Assembly: GCA_963575745.1 (NCBI GenBank)
Contig: CAUYUJ010000203.1
Location: 496,001-560,000 of the forward strand
Length of the DNA: 64,000 bases
Source: Prorocentrum cordatum
Taxonomy: Eukaryota
Direction of reading: 5' to 3'
The position numbers and the translations under genes were made by a program. Shown here piece by piece: positions 37,301 through 48,402 of this stretch (its first letter is position 1; every line of letters begins with the position of its first letter). The notes beneath the pieces were generated by a model. The model was not told where the DNA came from and did no database searches. It worked only from the letters and a program-made list of their open reading frames with translations.

Positions 37301-37969
37301 CCGCAGAGGTGGGGAGGCAGGAGGGGAGGAGGCATGCGATGAGTGGGACGAGGAGGAGGAGCAGAGACAGCGAGGATGGGGCGCAGGGCACGTTCGATAC
37401 GAAACGCAGCAGACTTGGACGCACGGGCTTCGACAAACAGCGTGTTGCTGCTACTCCCTAGGTCGGGGGACGAAGCCTCCACGCAGTGCGTTGATGCAGT
37501 CTGGGTGGGAAAGCACAAACGCGACCGAATGCGCGAGGCGCGCTCGACAATCGGCTCTTGATGCGAAGCACTGATGCAGGCCGTTGCGCGGTATGGTCAG
37601 CAACATCCTTCGTGGGCCGTCTGCGGCGGAGGCCACCCAGGGGTCAGTCAAACGGCTGGGTCTCAGCGCTGCAAGCCATCATGGGTCCTTCGACCAGTTG
37701 CCTGGAACTGCCGGACGGCCGGATGCGAGATCGCCTTGTGGGCCCGGCAGCGATGACCACCGGTCACCCACGAAAAGCCACCACACGCTCAAGCTACGGA
37801 GGTAGTGCCGCCATTGGCAGGTCCCAGGAAAGCAACCTGGATGCGGATGCGGCGGATGCGGATGCGGTTCGCGTCCCTGCTCGCTGCGGGCAGCTCTGGA
37901 AAGCGTGCCCGACTTCACAGTAATCGACTTCAAGCTACCATAATGTAGTGCGTCTTTTGTGTTCGAAGC

Positions 37970-38900
37970 AAGCATCGAGTCTTCCCAGCGCAATTTCGGT
38001 CCCCACGGTTTCTGGCGTGCGCTGGTACTGGTGGCTTCAAGGTCCTAATGCGGCGCTGATGATGCCCACCAGCTACCGTCTATATGTACTAATCGGCGCG
38101 CCCACCGCCACTTGTACCGTCTCGGCAAATAGCCCAAACCTTTAACTTTGATTCGTTCGACATGATCAGCCACTTCGTTCGTTGTCCTTCGAGCGATGTT
38201 ACTGTTGAAGAAACACCAGACCTTCTGACAAAATCCAAGGAGTAATACGCTGAGGGGCCATCAGCGGCAACGTGTCATTGATGCTCTTGCTCCCTCCCTA
38301 AATGTCTCCGTCGTTTCGAACCCAAAATCAATTGCAACATCCGCCGCTGCACCGTCTCCTGAAATTCTGCCGTTTGTCCAAGAACTTCCGTACTTGTGGG
38401 AGGAGGAGGAAAGCTGAGGGGACTGACAACGCAACGAAGCCTGGTGGTGCCGAGCTGAAGGCAAACAACCTGCAGTTGCCACGGACTGGGCCAAAGGGGG
38501 GAAGAGGAGGGAAGAAGAGGAGTAGCGAGGGGGGAAGGAATCCGTCAGACAAAGGCCGCAACCGTATTTACTGTAAGCGTGCTGTCAAATAGCCGCAGTC
38601 TGCCTGAAAAAGAACACCGCCTTTTCGTCATCTCCTGCTTGTGTGGCGCACACGCTGTCCATGCTTATCTTATCCTGTTTGCTGGAGAACGGCCTGGCTG
38701 GCAAAGACCTTCGCCAGAAGAACAGCCTGGCTGCCGTGAGGTGCGCAGATAGAATGCATCATGCAAGTGTCAGAGTCTTCAGATAGGTATTCTTTTCCTG
38801 AGTTGCAAGCGGCGGCCGTGTCTTCGATTTCGGATGTGGTATGGTCCATCGAATTCACTATTACACCGAGGCGCATGGACGCATGCAAGTCTACCTGCGG
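37970..38900 (-). mobile_element. highly decayed RTE-like LINE 3' fragment (intronic)
   Basis: RRTTNEVADHVERI..RRYKWRWARRLVHIDGSWW...PWGPKLRWEDSM matches the RTE C-terminal KWRWAGH..DxRW..GRP..RWxD pattern. Interrupted by stops. Confidence 0.65.
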
Positions 38901-39328
38901 AAATACCCGATCATATTTGCTGACCGGACTGGCGACAGTTCGACGCAACAGCAGCAGGTCCCACGCCTGGCTCTTGAACCAGAACGGCTGGAGACAAAAC
39001 AAGCCTGAGGGAAAACATTGTTGTTGCCGTTTCGGACGCCTCTCGGGAGTATTCGTTTTGGTCGTCTTGGGTGAAGCCACTCTGGGCTCTCGTGAGGCCG
39101 ACTGGACGCCCTCCCGACAGCATTGGGCTTGTCCTAAGCCTGACACGGCCGTCCAGGAGACCTTGAACCCAAGGAGACGCTCTGCAGGGGCGTCCTGGAG
39201 GACCAGAAAAGCCGAAATTAGTTTGGGGGCGCGGCGGATAAATTGCTCTAACATCAGATCGTCGGGACGAGCATACGCCTGTGCGTATCCACCTGTTTCA
39301 GAAAGAGAACCCAACCAACAAACATAGA

Positions 39329-39366
<38 letters not shown>

Positions 39367-39572
39367 AAACAACAAATAACGAGAAAGAGAGAGAGAGAGG
39401 GAGGGAGAGAAAGATAGAGCAAGGGGAGCTCACGAGAGACATAAAGGAGGGAACGTGTGAAGGAGTGGGGAGGCGAGATGGGAGGGCAGCCAGGAGGCCA
39501 GGAGGGAGGGCGGGGGGACGAGGCGTGTGAGGAGGCCCCCGGGACGAGAGGGAAGGGGCTGAGAGGCCCAAC

Positions 39573-39652
39573 CGGAAGAGACCATCTCGAAGGAGTCGAC
39601 CGCCGCGCCGACGACGATGGCGGCCGCAGTCGCAAGCAGCGCCGCCGTCAGC
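39573..39652 (-). CDS. PqiA-family gene exon (80 bp)
   Basis: ccgcag|G LTAALLATAAAIVVGAAVDSFEMVSS G|gt; joins in frame to (G)VLVHVLL. Confidence 0.75.
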
Positions 39653-40152
39653 CTGCGGGCGGCGCCGCAGGCCGATGGGGGCGCGCTCGGGGAGCTTCGA
39701 GAGGGCCCCCCGGGGGAGGGGGAGGGGGGAGGGCGGCCGGGCGGGGGAGGGGTGCCGAGAGGGAAGGCGGGAGGGCGAAGGGGGGGGAGCGAGTGTGGGG
39801 GGGGGAGAGGCGGAGGGAGGGGAGGGGCAGGCGGGGGGGGGGGGGTGCCAGCGTCCCCCATCCCCCTCCCCCTCGCCTCGCTCCCACTTCCCCCTCGCTC
39901 CCCGCTCCCTCCTCCCTCTCCATCCCTCTCTCCTCGCCCCCCCCCCCTGCTCCTCCTGCTCTTCCTCCCCCTCTCCCCATCTCCCCCACCCTCCCCCCCA
40001 CCCCCCGCGCTTGCTGGCGAGGAGGAGCAGGAAGACGACGGAGCAACGCAGGATACTGAATGGGTGTGTGTGTGTGAGAGGACGAATGATGGCGATGATG
40101 CGCCATAGAAGGCGGGTGTGCTGCCCCACCTCCTCTTTCCCTCAGTGGTTGT

Positions 40153-41060
40153 TTACGGAGTCCTGACGGTGGAAAGTTTGATTACAGTTGCTTCCATGAC
40201 GTGCTGTGCCAGCTGTCGTGACGCATCCCAGTCTATCGTTCGTTGCCCCCTGGATTGTGCCTCGTAGTCCACCCAGAACTGTCGCATCAAAAAACCCTGC
40301 CCCAGTGGCTCCTCGTGCCAGTTATGGTATTCCAGCGCTTCGCCAAATCGAAATTCTGACGACGCCGACTCGTGGCCTACCCAGAGCCCTGACATACGAT
40401 GCCCTTGTGCGCCACGCCTTCGGGAGGCCGCTGGGTCCCTGCCCACTACGTGAGCCGCTTCGGCTTCCAAGCGCACTGCCGACCATGTGTTATGTTTTGG
40501 CTTTCCTCGTACAGCGTGACGCACTATGGCTGCCAGCTGCTTGCAAAGCTCCCCTGTTTAAATACCGACCTCCGCTATCCAATTCAGCGATGGTGTATGG
40601 CATGTGTCCAAGGCTTCGCACACGTACCGCAGATGGCCACCACGCCGTGGCTCGTGATCGCATGAACCCCAAGGCCAATTTGTCCGGTAGCCTCGCCCAG
40701 CGCGTCACGTCTACTCGTTGACTGGCAGGCAAGCGGGACGTATGTCGCCGGGCTGCTGGTGCGCGACACCAAGGGCGGGAGCACTCATGAGCATGGCTTT
40801 ACGCACGAAAGCTTTCCACTTCCATCTCGGACAGTTGCAACTGGAACATGACGCGCATGCGGAATGGATGATATCCCTGCTGTCGTCCTCGACTTGCAGC
40901 ACATGGAACTTACCAGAAAGCCCCGTGGTAGTGAAACCGTGGAATGTGACACATGGAGAGTACCCGAGCTTCGGGACATCTGCCAACTGGCGTGCCAGGG
41001 GCTATCATCCAATCTGGGCTTGCAAAGCGGGCTGGGCTATCATCCCAGAGAAGCAATGAA
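40153..41060 (-). pseudogene. possible very decayed LINE (zf-RVT / RNase H start)
   Basis: Weak motifs ICGTCAKPWTHAIHH and GRDPAASRRRG in broken frames. Confidence 0.25.
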
Positions 41061-41072
41061 AACAAAAACAGG

Positions 41073-41397
<325 letters not shown>

Positions 41398-41938
41398 CGA
41401 AGAGGAGGAGGAGGAGGAGGAGGAGGAGGAGGAGGACGTGGATCGGCATTTTTTGGGGGGCGCCCAGCCAGGTGGAGCGAAACTTGCCCGAAAGTTTACC
41501 CGCGTGGCGAACCGCAGGGACAACGACGATCTCGACAGGGGAGAACGTTCTAGAACAAGCCCCGAGACAGGAAGGGGAAAAATAAAACAATCCCAACCAT
41601 CGGGCGTCTCGCAAAAATCGAGGCGGATTTTTGTTCGTCATTTTCGGCCTCTCGGGGCCCTCGCCGGGCCTCGGGACCGTCCAAAAACGACTCGGGATGA
41701 AAAACCGGTCCCGGAAGAGCGGTCCGGAGGTCGGGGACCCGTGTCTGCACAAAAATTGAGGCGTCGGATGACTGGGATACGACTCTCGTCCCCGAAAGAG
41801 TATGATGCTAAACTGGTCACGCCTGGTGACTGGTTTGCCGAAAGAACAGAAAACCCCCGCCCTTGGCCCCTCAGCTCTTGCCCCTCATCCACGGGGACCC
41901 CTGCAGGACTTGGAGAGGAGGCGGGTTTTGTTGGACCG

Positions 41939-42946
41939 CTATCCGATGGAGTCTCCCAGCGAACAATGTTCGCAATCTACCTCTCGCTCGGATGGCATCA
42001 CGCCGCGAGAAACAAAGTAGCTGTGTCCATAGTCGATGAATACCTCCTCGTCCACAATGATACTGCGTCGCGCGACGAACACGATCGTGTCCATATCCAC
42101 GTCGTGAAACCAATCAATGTGCGGGTCTGGGGAGTGGTTAAACAAAGCACCGAGACCGAGTGCTAGCAGTATGTCGGGCTCGTGGCCAGAGGAAAAACGC
42201 ATCGCGTAGTCGCGTAGGAGGTGTCTCGCCTCCCCGTTAAGACGAACCACGGGGCAGAGCTCCAAGATCTGGCCTTCCTCACACGATCTCGTGCAGAACA
42301 CGCCTGTGCCGTGCACTGGCGACGCGCCGTGCCGAAGACAGCTCCCCAGAGGGGCCAACTTCTCCAGCGGCATGCTGCGAGCATCCACTATAATTTTTGG
42401 GGCACTGACCGTCACCGGCCTTGCCAGGAGCTGGTGCCAACCGGCTGGAGCGAGCAGCTCTTGACCCTCTGATATCAATGAAGTGGCTACCCAGCGCAAC
42501 TCACTACCATCGAGCATGGGCTCGATGTTCATTCCAAAATCCACGCGGCGGTACAGGCAGCTGAATCCGAAGGGCATCGCTAAATGAAGAGCGCCGGCTC
42601 GTTGCACAGCGAACGCGCCACTTGCCAGAAGCTCCGACTCGCTCATCTGCTCGACTGTGCATGGGGTCGAAAAGAGCGGGCAAGCTTCCACTAGCTCGTT
42701 CGGTGCTCTCTGCCTGGTTGCCAGCCACACTCCATGACCACATCCTGTCGCGTCCAATCGCACCTCCAGGCCCCACTGCGAGCTGTATCCCCTGGTCCTG
42801 TTAGCGGCGGAGATGCGACCAATGTGCCTGCCGAGAATCCGCACGCGCGACCCACGATCGTCTCGCCACCCCATCTGCGCGCTGTGCTGGCAACGCCTTA
42901 CCAGCACCTCGTGCAGCTCGGAAAGCCTTTCCCCAAGATCGGCCAT
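41939..42946 (-). CDS. intronless tandem-SET protein (degenerate SET + intact vSET/bacterial-type SET), 335 aa, nested in a PqiA intron
   Basis: Second domain: SPVHGTGVFCTR..GQILELCPV..LALGLGALFNHSPDP..FVARRSI.VDEEVFIDYGHSYF. First domain: GCGHGVWLATR..NELVEACP..AMPFGFSCLY..WVATSLISEGQELL, lacking NHS and the terminal Tyr. Confidence 0.9.
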   Translation of the reverse strand: MADLGERLSELHEVLVRRCQHSAQMGWRDDRGSRVRILGRHIGRISAANRTRGYSSQWGLEVRLDATGCGHGVWLATRQRAPNELVEACPLFSTPCTVEQMSESELLASGAFAVQRAGALHLAMPFGFSCLYRRVDFGMNIEPMLDGSELRWVATSLISEGQELLAPAGWHQLLARPVTVSAPKIIVDARSMPLEKLAPLGSCLRHGASPVHGTGVFCTRSCEEGQILELCPVVRLNGEARHLLRDYAMRFSSGHEPDILLALGLGALFNHSPDPHIDWFHDVDMDTIVFVARRSIIVDEEVFIDYGHSYFVSRGVMPSEREVDCEHCSLGDSIG

Positions 42947-43008
42947 GGCGCAATGGGAGGCCTTTCATGCAGACCATGCACTGGGTGGGGCAGTGAACCT
43001 TCCAGCTG

Positions 43009-43029
43009 CTTGAGCCTGGTGAGTACGGT
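43009..43029 (-). promoter_or_regulatory. degenerate relict spliced leader upstream of the SET ORF
   Basis: ACCGTA-CTCACCA-GGCTCAAG keeps both ends of DinoSL (ACCGTA...GGCTCAAG); 62 nt before the ATG. Confidence 0.5.
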
Positions 43030-43784
43030 TCCGCCGTTGTGCCGCCAGATCGCTCTTCTGGCTCTTTTGCCTCGTGGGGGCCCCATCCATACCGCGATGA
43101 CGCTCTCTAGGATGCTGAGCAAGACACGAAATTCTTCATTCCGAACTTTCTGGCCCGGATTCGGTATGTTCCTCGACGCCCCCCCGGGTCGTCACGCTTA
43201 CAGAAACAAACAGCATCTGAACTGTCAGTGCCGGTTTGGCCGCCCTCCAGCCAGACCAGAAAAAACGCCCACCACAAAAAGACACATACCTTTTTGCCCA
43301 CCTACTGCTGGCTCCTTTCGGCATGTCGTTCGTCTCGGCGTACTTGGCGTGGGGGGCAGCTGGGAGGCTTCAAGCTTGCTCGACCCGACACATTTCAAAT
43401 CGATCGGGGGGAGCTCCGCTCAAGCCTCAGAGAGGCCGGGGGGGGGGGGGGTCCTGGCAGCTGCTTGGGAATATCGTGATCTAGGATGGGCACAAAAGGC
43501 AGTTAAAAGAACTTTTCTGGCAGAGTTTTAGAAGGCGGCTGGGGGGCAAACAGGACCCAAAAAGTTGTACCCCGCGGGCGCTTCGTGTAGGAGCAACCAC
43601 GACCACGGCCACAATGAACGTGCCGAAACGATCCCCCGAGTGGGGGCAACAGTTACCGCTGCCAAAGCACGTTGTTCCCCGTCCGCGACTATCAAAGAGT
43701 GCAGCCGACACTTCCAGCATGCCCCCCGATCACAAAACCAGCATCCTTGGACGGTCCTCCTGGGAACGAGTCGGGGGTGACTTT

Positions 43785-43973
43785 GGAGGGTCTCACCCCC
43801 AGGCCGTACACGGCATGCCCACGGCATGCCACGCTCTCGAATGCCAGACCCCGTCCCCCAGCGCGCTTCGCGCGCCAAGGGCGGCGCCGAAGGCGCCGCC
43901 AAGGGGTCTGACATCAGGGGGCGGACGGCTTGACGTGGGCATGCCGTGTGCCCCCTGGGCGTGCGACTCCCTC
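43785..43973. repeat. large T/Y-shaped palindrome
   Basis: Imperfect arms of about 65 bp including a perfect 16-bp IR (43808-43823 / 43934-43949), enclosing gcgcgc-ttc-gcgcgc and ggcggcgcc-gaa-ggcgccgcc. Confidence 0.9.
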
Positions 43974-45035
43974 GGAAACGAAGCGCGTCGGCGCCGAATG
44001 CGACGCCTGGGTCAGAGATCGCCCACCAAGAGGGCTGTCCCCCAAATCCGATGTCATAGGTTCGTTGCGGTGTGGGGACGTTCGAGATGTTGCGGCCATG
44101 CATGTCGATCCCGCTCCGTCCCTCCTCCCCCCATCTCCTCCCCTCCTCTTGTCACGTGGAAGATGGCGGCCTGGCAATTCCCAAACAGACCATCCCCCTC
44201 TTTGGCACGCCCGAAACAGGTACGGACAACATGGGTACGATGCCCAACGGCGCATGTTTTCCCAAACCGACAGCGTCCGCTGTTCGGCAGGCGCTTTCTG
44301 GTGCCAAATGGACAACGTCGGCTGTGACGCCGACAGCGGGGCCTGCTCAAAATGAACAGGAACTGCTGCCGGTCTTCATCCCCACATCTCACCGATTCTT
44401 GCTCCCCGCTCCTCTCTTCTTAGATGCTCGTTCTTGGGAACTTCATAACGCCACTCGCTCCACTCATGCGCCGATGCTGCGTCACACATATTCGTTAGGT
44501 AGGCCCCAGGAGAGTCCCACAAACGAGCATCTGCAACAGACACCTGAGTTTCCCGAGGTGCTCCAGGACTTCGGAGGACCCCTGGGGTCTTCGGGGGATA
44601 AGACATTTCCGCGGGGCACCTGCTGGCAGGCCCATTTCTTTTTCGATGTACCTACTGAGACTCTCCCTAGCCCGGCCCAACACTCGGAGGAGAGCCAGTT
44701 GAGACAGCGGCCGTTCTCTCACTCAGAATCGATCCCCGCACCCCCCCCATGGGTCCATCCGGACCCGTCGTTCGACGCGGATCCAACCGGGGTGACAAAA
44801 CGCATCCAGGAGACCCAACAGTACAGTACCAAAGCCATGCGCCAGCCCTCGGCACGGCGCTTGGACACTCCTGCCGCCACTGAGCAGGTTTTCAGGGAGG
44901 ACGCGTGGGCAGAAGAGTGCGCAGGTGCGCCCGCCCCCCTCGGGAGAATAGCAGTAGCAAAAACCAAAGTGCCTGACAATGAAGCGAAGGGGCTGGCTTC
45001 TTAGATACAGCGAAAGGCCATCGTTGACTCGACTG

Positions 45036-45140
45036 GCCCTCCTCCAAAACGTGGGGGAGAGGGAGCTGTGGCGGCAACGACGCTCCGCGGTCTGGCGCAC
45101 TCGCTTCTGCGGGGCGCCCCGCATGGTTCCAGCTGCTCCG
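45036..45140. repeat. ~100-bp dispersed repeat (second copy 47681-47822)
   Basis: Shared gctccgcggtctggcgcac..gcttctgcggggcgccccgcat.g.tccagctgctcc. Confidence 0.8.
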
Positions 45141-45320
45141 CCCTCCTCCTCGCGCCCCTCCTCCTCCTCGCTCCTCCTCCTCCTCCTCGCTCCTCCTCCT
45201 CCTCCTCCTCCTCCTCGCTCCTCCTCCGCCTCCTCGCTCCTCCTCGCAGCTCCTCGCTCCTCGCTCCTCGCTCCTCCTCCTCCTCCTCCTCCTTCTCCAT
45301 TCCTTTTCCTTATAAGCAAC

Positions 45321-46053
45321 TTCTCCCTGTCGCACCCCGAGGCCAGTTCTAGGGCGGGCCGGGCGTGTGGCCTGAGACCTCCACACCATTTATGACTCTG
45401 AAGCTTGTAAGTTAGTAACAATTTCACAGATGGAGGGCAAGTGGTTTTCAACATGTGGCTCTCGCCTTAGCGCCGCGCTCATTCGTTCTAACAATTTGCA
45501 AGTGTTTCACGGATTGAGGATAAGCCATTTTCAAAATGTGGCTCTCGCCTTAGCGCCGCGCACACTCGTTCGTAAAATACGCAAGATCTTCACAGATTGA
45601 GGACCACCGGTTTTCAACATGTGGCTCCCGCCTTCGCGCCGCGCACGTTCGTTCTAAAAACTGCAAGAGCTTCACGGATTGAGGGCGGCTCCTTTTCAAA
45701 ATGTGACTCTCGCCTTAGCGCCGCGCACATTCGTTCATAAACTTTGCAAGAGTTTCACGGACTTCCACGATCAACGCACCAGGAATGGTGTGTGGAAGAA
45801 TTCCGAATCTTGCCGGTGCAACAGTTACGTTTGTTCGAGGTGTGAAAATCCCAAGAATGAGGTTCTGGCAAGATCCAGGTTGATCCGTGGCGTTGGGATC
45901 CCGAGAGCAATGTGTTGGCATGCTGTCAGGTCTTCAAAATGCTGTCTTCCGCAGATCCCTCAATGGAACTGAACACCTTTGCAGGGGCCTATGAAGAGGG
46001 AGCTTGGAGGGAGGGTGTAGTCCTACATCGTTGATGCTCTTGGGTTTACAGTG
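45321..46053. repeat. dispersed element with internal ~83-bp tandem units, copy 1
   Basis: ttttcaa(c/a)atgtg(g/a)ct... at 45445, 45528, 45611 and 45693. Unique head and tail shared with 62783-63735. Confidence 0.9.
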
Positions 46054-46819
46054 GTCCTCCTCCTCCTCCTCCTCCTCCTCCTCGCTCCTCGCTCCTCACT
46101 CCTCGCTCCTCACTCTTAACTCCTCGCTCCTCGCTCCACGCTCCTCGCTCCTCGCCGCTTCTCGCCCCTCGCGTCTCGCGCCTCGCTCTTCGCACCTCGC
46201 GCATCGCTCCTCGCTCCTCGCTCCTCGCTCCTCGCTCCTCGCTCCTGCTCCTGCTGCTCCTCCTCCTCCTCCTCCTCCTCCTCCTCCTCCTCCTCCTCCT
46301 CCTCCTCCTCCTCCTCCCCGCTCCTCGCTCCTCGCCCCTCGCTCCTCGCTCCTCGCTCCTCGCTCTTCGTTCCTCGCTTCTCCCCCTCCTCGCTCCTCCT
46401 CCTCGCACCTCGCACCTCGCTCCTCGCTCCTCGTTCCTCGCTACTCCTCCTCCTCCTCCTCCTCCTCCTCCTCCTCCTCCTCCTCTCCTCCTCTTCCTCC
46501 TCCCTCTATTCGTCCTCCCCTTCTCCTCCTCCTCCTCCTCCTCCACCTCCTCCTCCTCCTCCTCCTCCTCCTCCTCCTCCTCCTCCTCCCCCTCGGCATG
46601 GCAGCGGGACGGCAACCATGCCGCCGATCAGCTAGCTAAGAGAGGAGCGTCGCTGGGCCGCCTACGGGAGGAAGACAGAAACCTCCTGCAAGGGTACCTA
46701 AAATTGCTCGGCGTCTCATGCGCTTCACAGGCAGGCTGGAGGCCGTGCTCTCTGCAGCGGGGGTTCGAAACCATCTGGGGCTCGAGGCCGCGCGCACGGT
46801 TGTGTTGGAAGCGATGTGG

Positions 46820-47476
46820 CCTGGGTCGGGGAGTGACGGTGAGGGGGACGGCGGGGACACTCATGACTGGCCTGCTGTGCCCCCTGGAGATCTCAACGAG
46901 GCTGGCTGCCCGTCTCGAGGACCATGGCGGGTGCAGGGCCACGCCATTTTAGCAGCAGTAGTGCTACGGGAGCAGCCGGCGCAGGGCCCGAAGGGAGCGA
47001 GCTCGCATGTTCAGATTTGTACGCGTTGCTTTGGGCACGCCACATGCCCAGGAGTCGGCCGTGGTCTCAAGGCAGAGTGCTCGCCCACGAGAGCACGCAA
47101 CCCACGGGCGCAGAGCATACGCAGCAGAGCCGAGAGGGGCGTTCATCCCCACCACGCGTGGCGCGCCGGCATCGGCGAATTGGCTGGGCCATCAGCGGGG
47201 TTGCGCGCGCAGTGGAGGGAGCATTTCTCTGGGCCCGACGCGGCGCAGGCAGCGAGGGGGCCTGACGCGCGCCGCGCGGCCCTAGACCAACCGATGCGGT
47301 GGGGCAGCGAATACCCCCGAATGGCCATAAGCGATGTCTTGTGGGCCTTCGGTTTTCGTTCGCGCGCTAGGGCGGAGGAGCTCGGACGCGAGGCGTACGC
47401 CCTCGATGCTGCCCGGGCCAGCGCCAATGCTGCCCGGGGCGAGTGCTTTGAATATGAGGCACCCTCTGGGGCATGA
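46820..47476 (+). mobile_element. 3'-terminal fragment of the RNase H-type LINE family
   Basis: GHAIL...ICTRCFGHA..RGLKAEC..RAERGVHP is the same Cys/His..G.HP motif as the tails at 13520-13700 and 25930-26120. Confidence 0.55.
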
Positions 47477-48402
47477 GGCCGGCATCGGGTGCGCGCCAGC
47501 GGCGCGGGCTCTGTGTGGGCCCACCTCCACCGCTGCGGGCACCTCCCTCGGGTGGCCTTTGTGGGGGTGGGGCGAGACCTCCTTCTCCTCTCCACTCCCT
47601 CTGGAGTCGTCTACCTCCTCCTCCTCCTCCTCCTCCTCCTCCTCCTCCTCCTCCTCCTCCTCCTCCTCCTCCTCCTCTCCTGGCCCTCCTCCGAAACGCG
47701 GAGAGAGGAGCTGCGGCGACGGGGCTGCCCGCACGCTTCCAGGGCCGACGAGAAGGCGCGAAGGCTCCGCGGTCTGGCGCACCGGCTTCTGCGGGGCGCC
47801 CCGCATAGCTCCAGCTGCTCCTCGGGGGCGAGGTGCGAGCGGGGGAGGCCGAGGGAGGGGGAGCGGGAGGGCAAAGGGAGGGAGAGGAGGAGGAGGAGGA
47901 GGACGGACGGAGCAGGAGGAGGGGGGGTATGAGTACGAGTATGACCATGTGGCAGAGCCGACGATGAAGATGAGTGAATGGGGGAGGGAGGGCGGGAGGG
48001 AGGGGGAAAAGGCGCAACAGGACACGGGTGACCAAAGGGACGAGGGGTGGAAAGTACCGATGCCGCCACGCACCCCTGCCTCGTTTCCGCCGTTGTCTCG
48101 AGCCTCCCGGGGGGCTCGTCGCCCCGGCTGGGTTCGCCTCGAAACTCTCGTCAGAACGCGCCCCAGGAGGAAAAGGGTCCAGACCCCCCCGCACGGGGCT
48201 GCCCTGCCCTTGTCCTTCGAACTCCCAGCCAGCACCCCCTCGTCCCTTTGAGATCATCCGTCCTCCTCGCACGTAGATCGGAAAGAGTTCGTAGTCGCTT
48301 AGCTCGCTCGATCGTCCAGTTGCTGCAGTAGCTGCGCTCTGGCAGCACAGGCATGCTGTGCAATCATCGTTGGATCAACATTGGCCTGACTCCGAGTTCT
48401 AG

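Noticed and set aside
44072..45004. 310-aa plus-strand ORF
   Set aside because: Non-ATG start, no recognisable motif, and it overlaps repeat-like sequence.
45445..45770. CRISPR-like regular repeats (also 62900-63430)
   Set aside because: Whole ~83-bp units are homologous with no unique spacers, there are no cas genes, and the context is eukaryotic.
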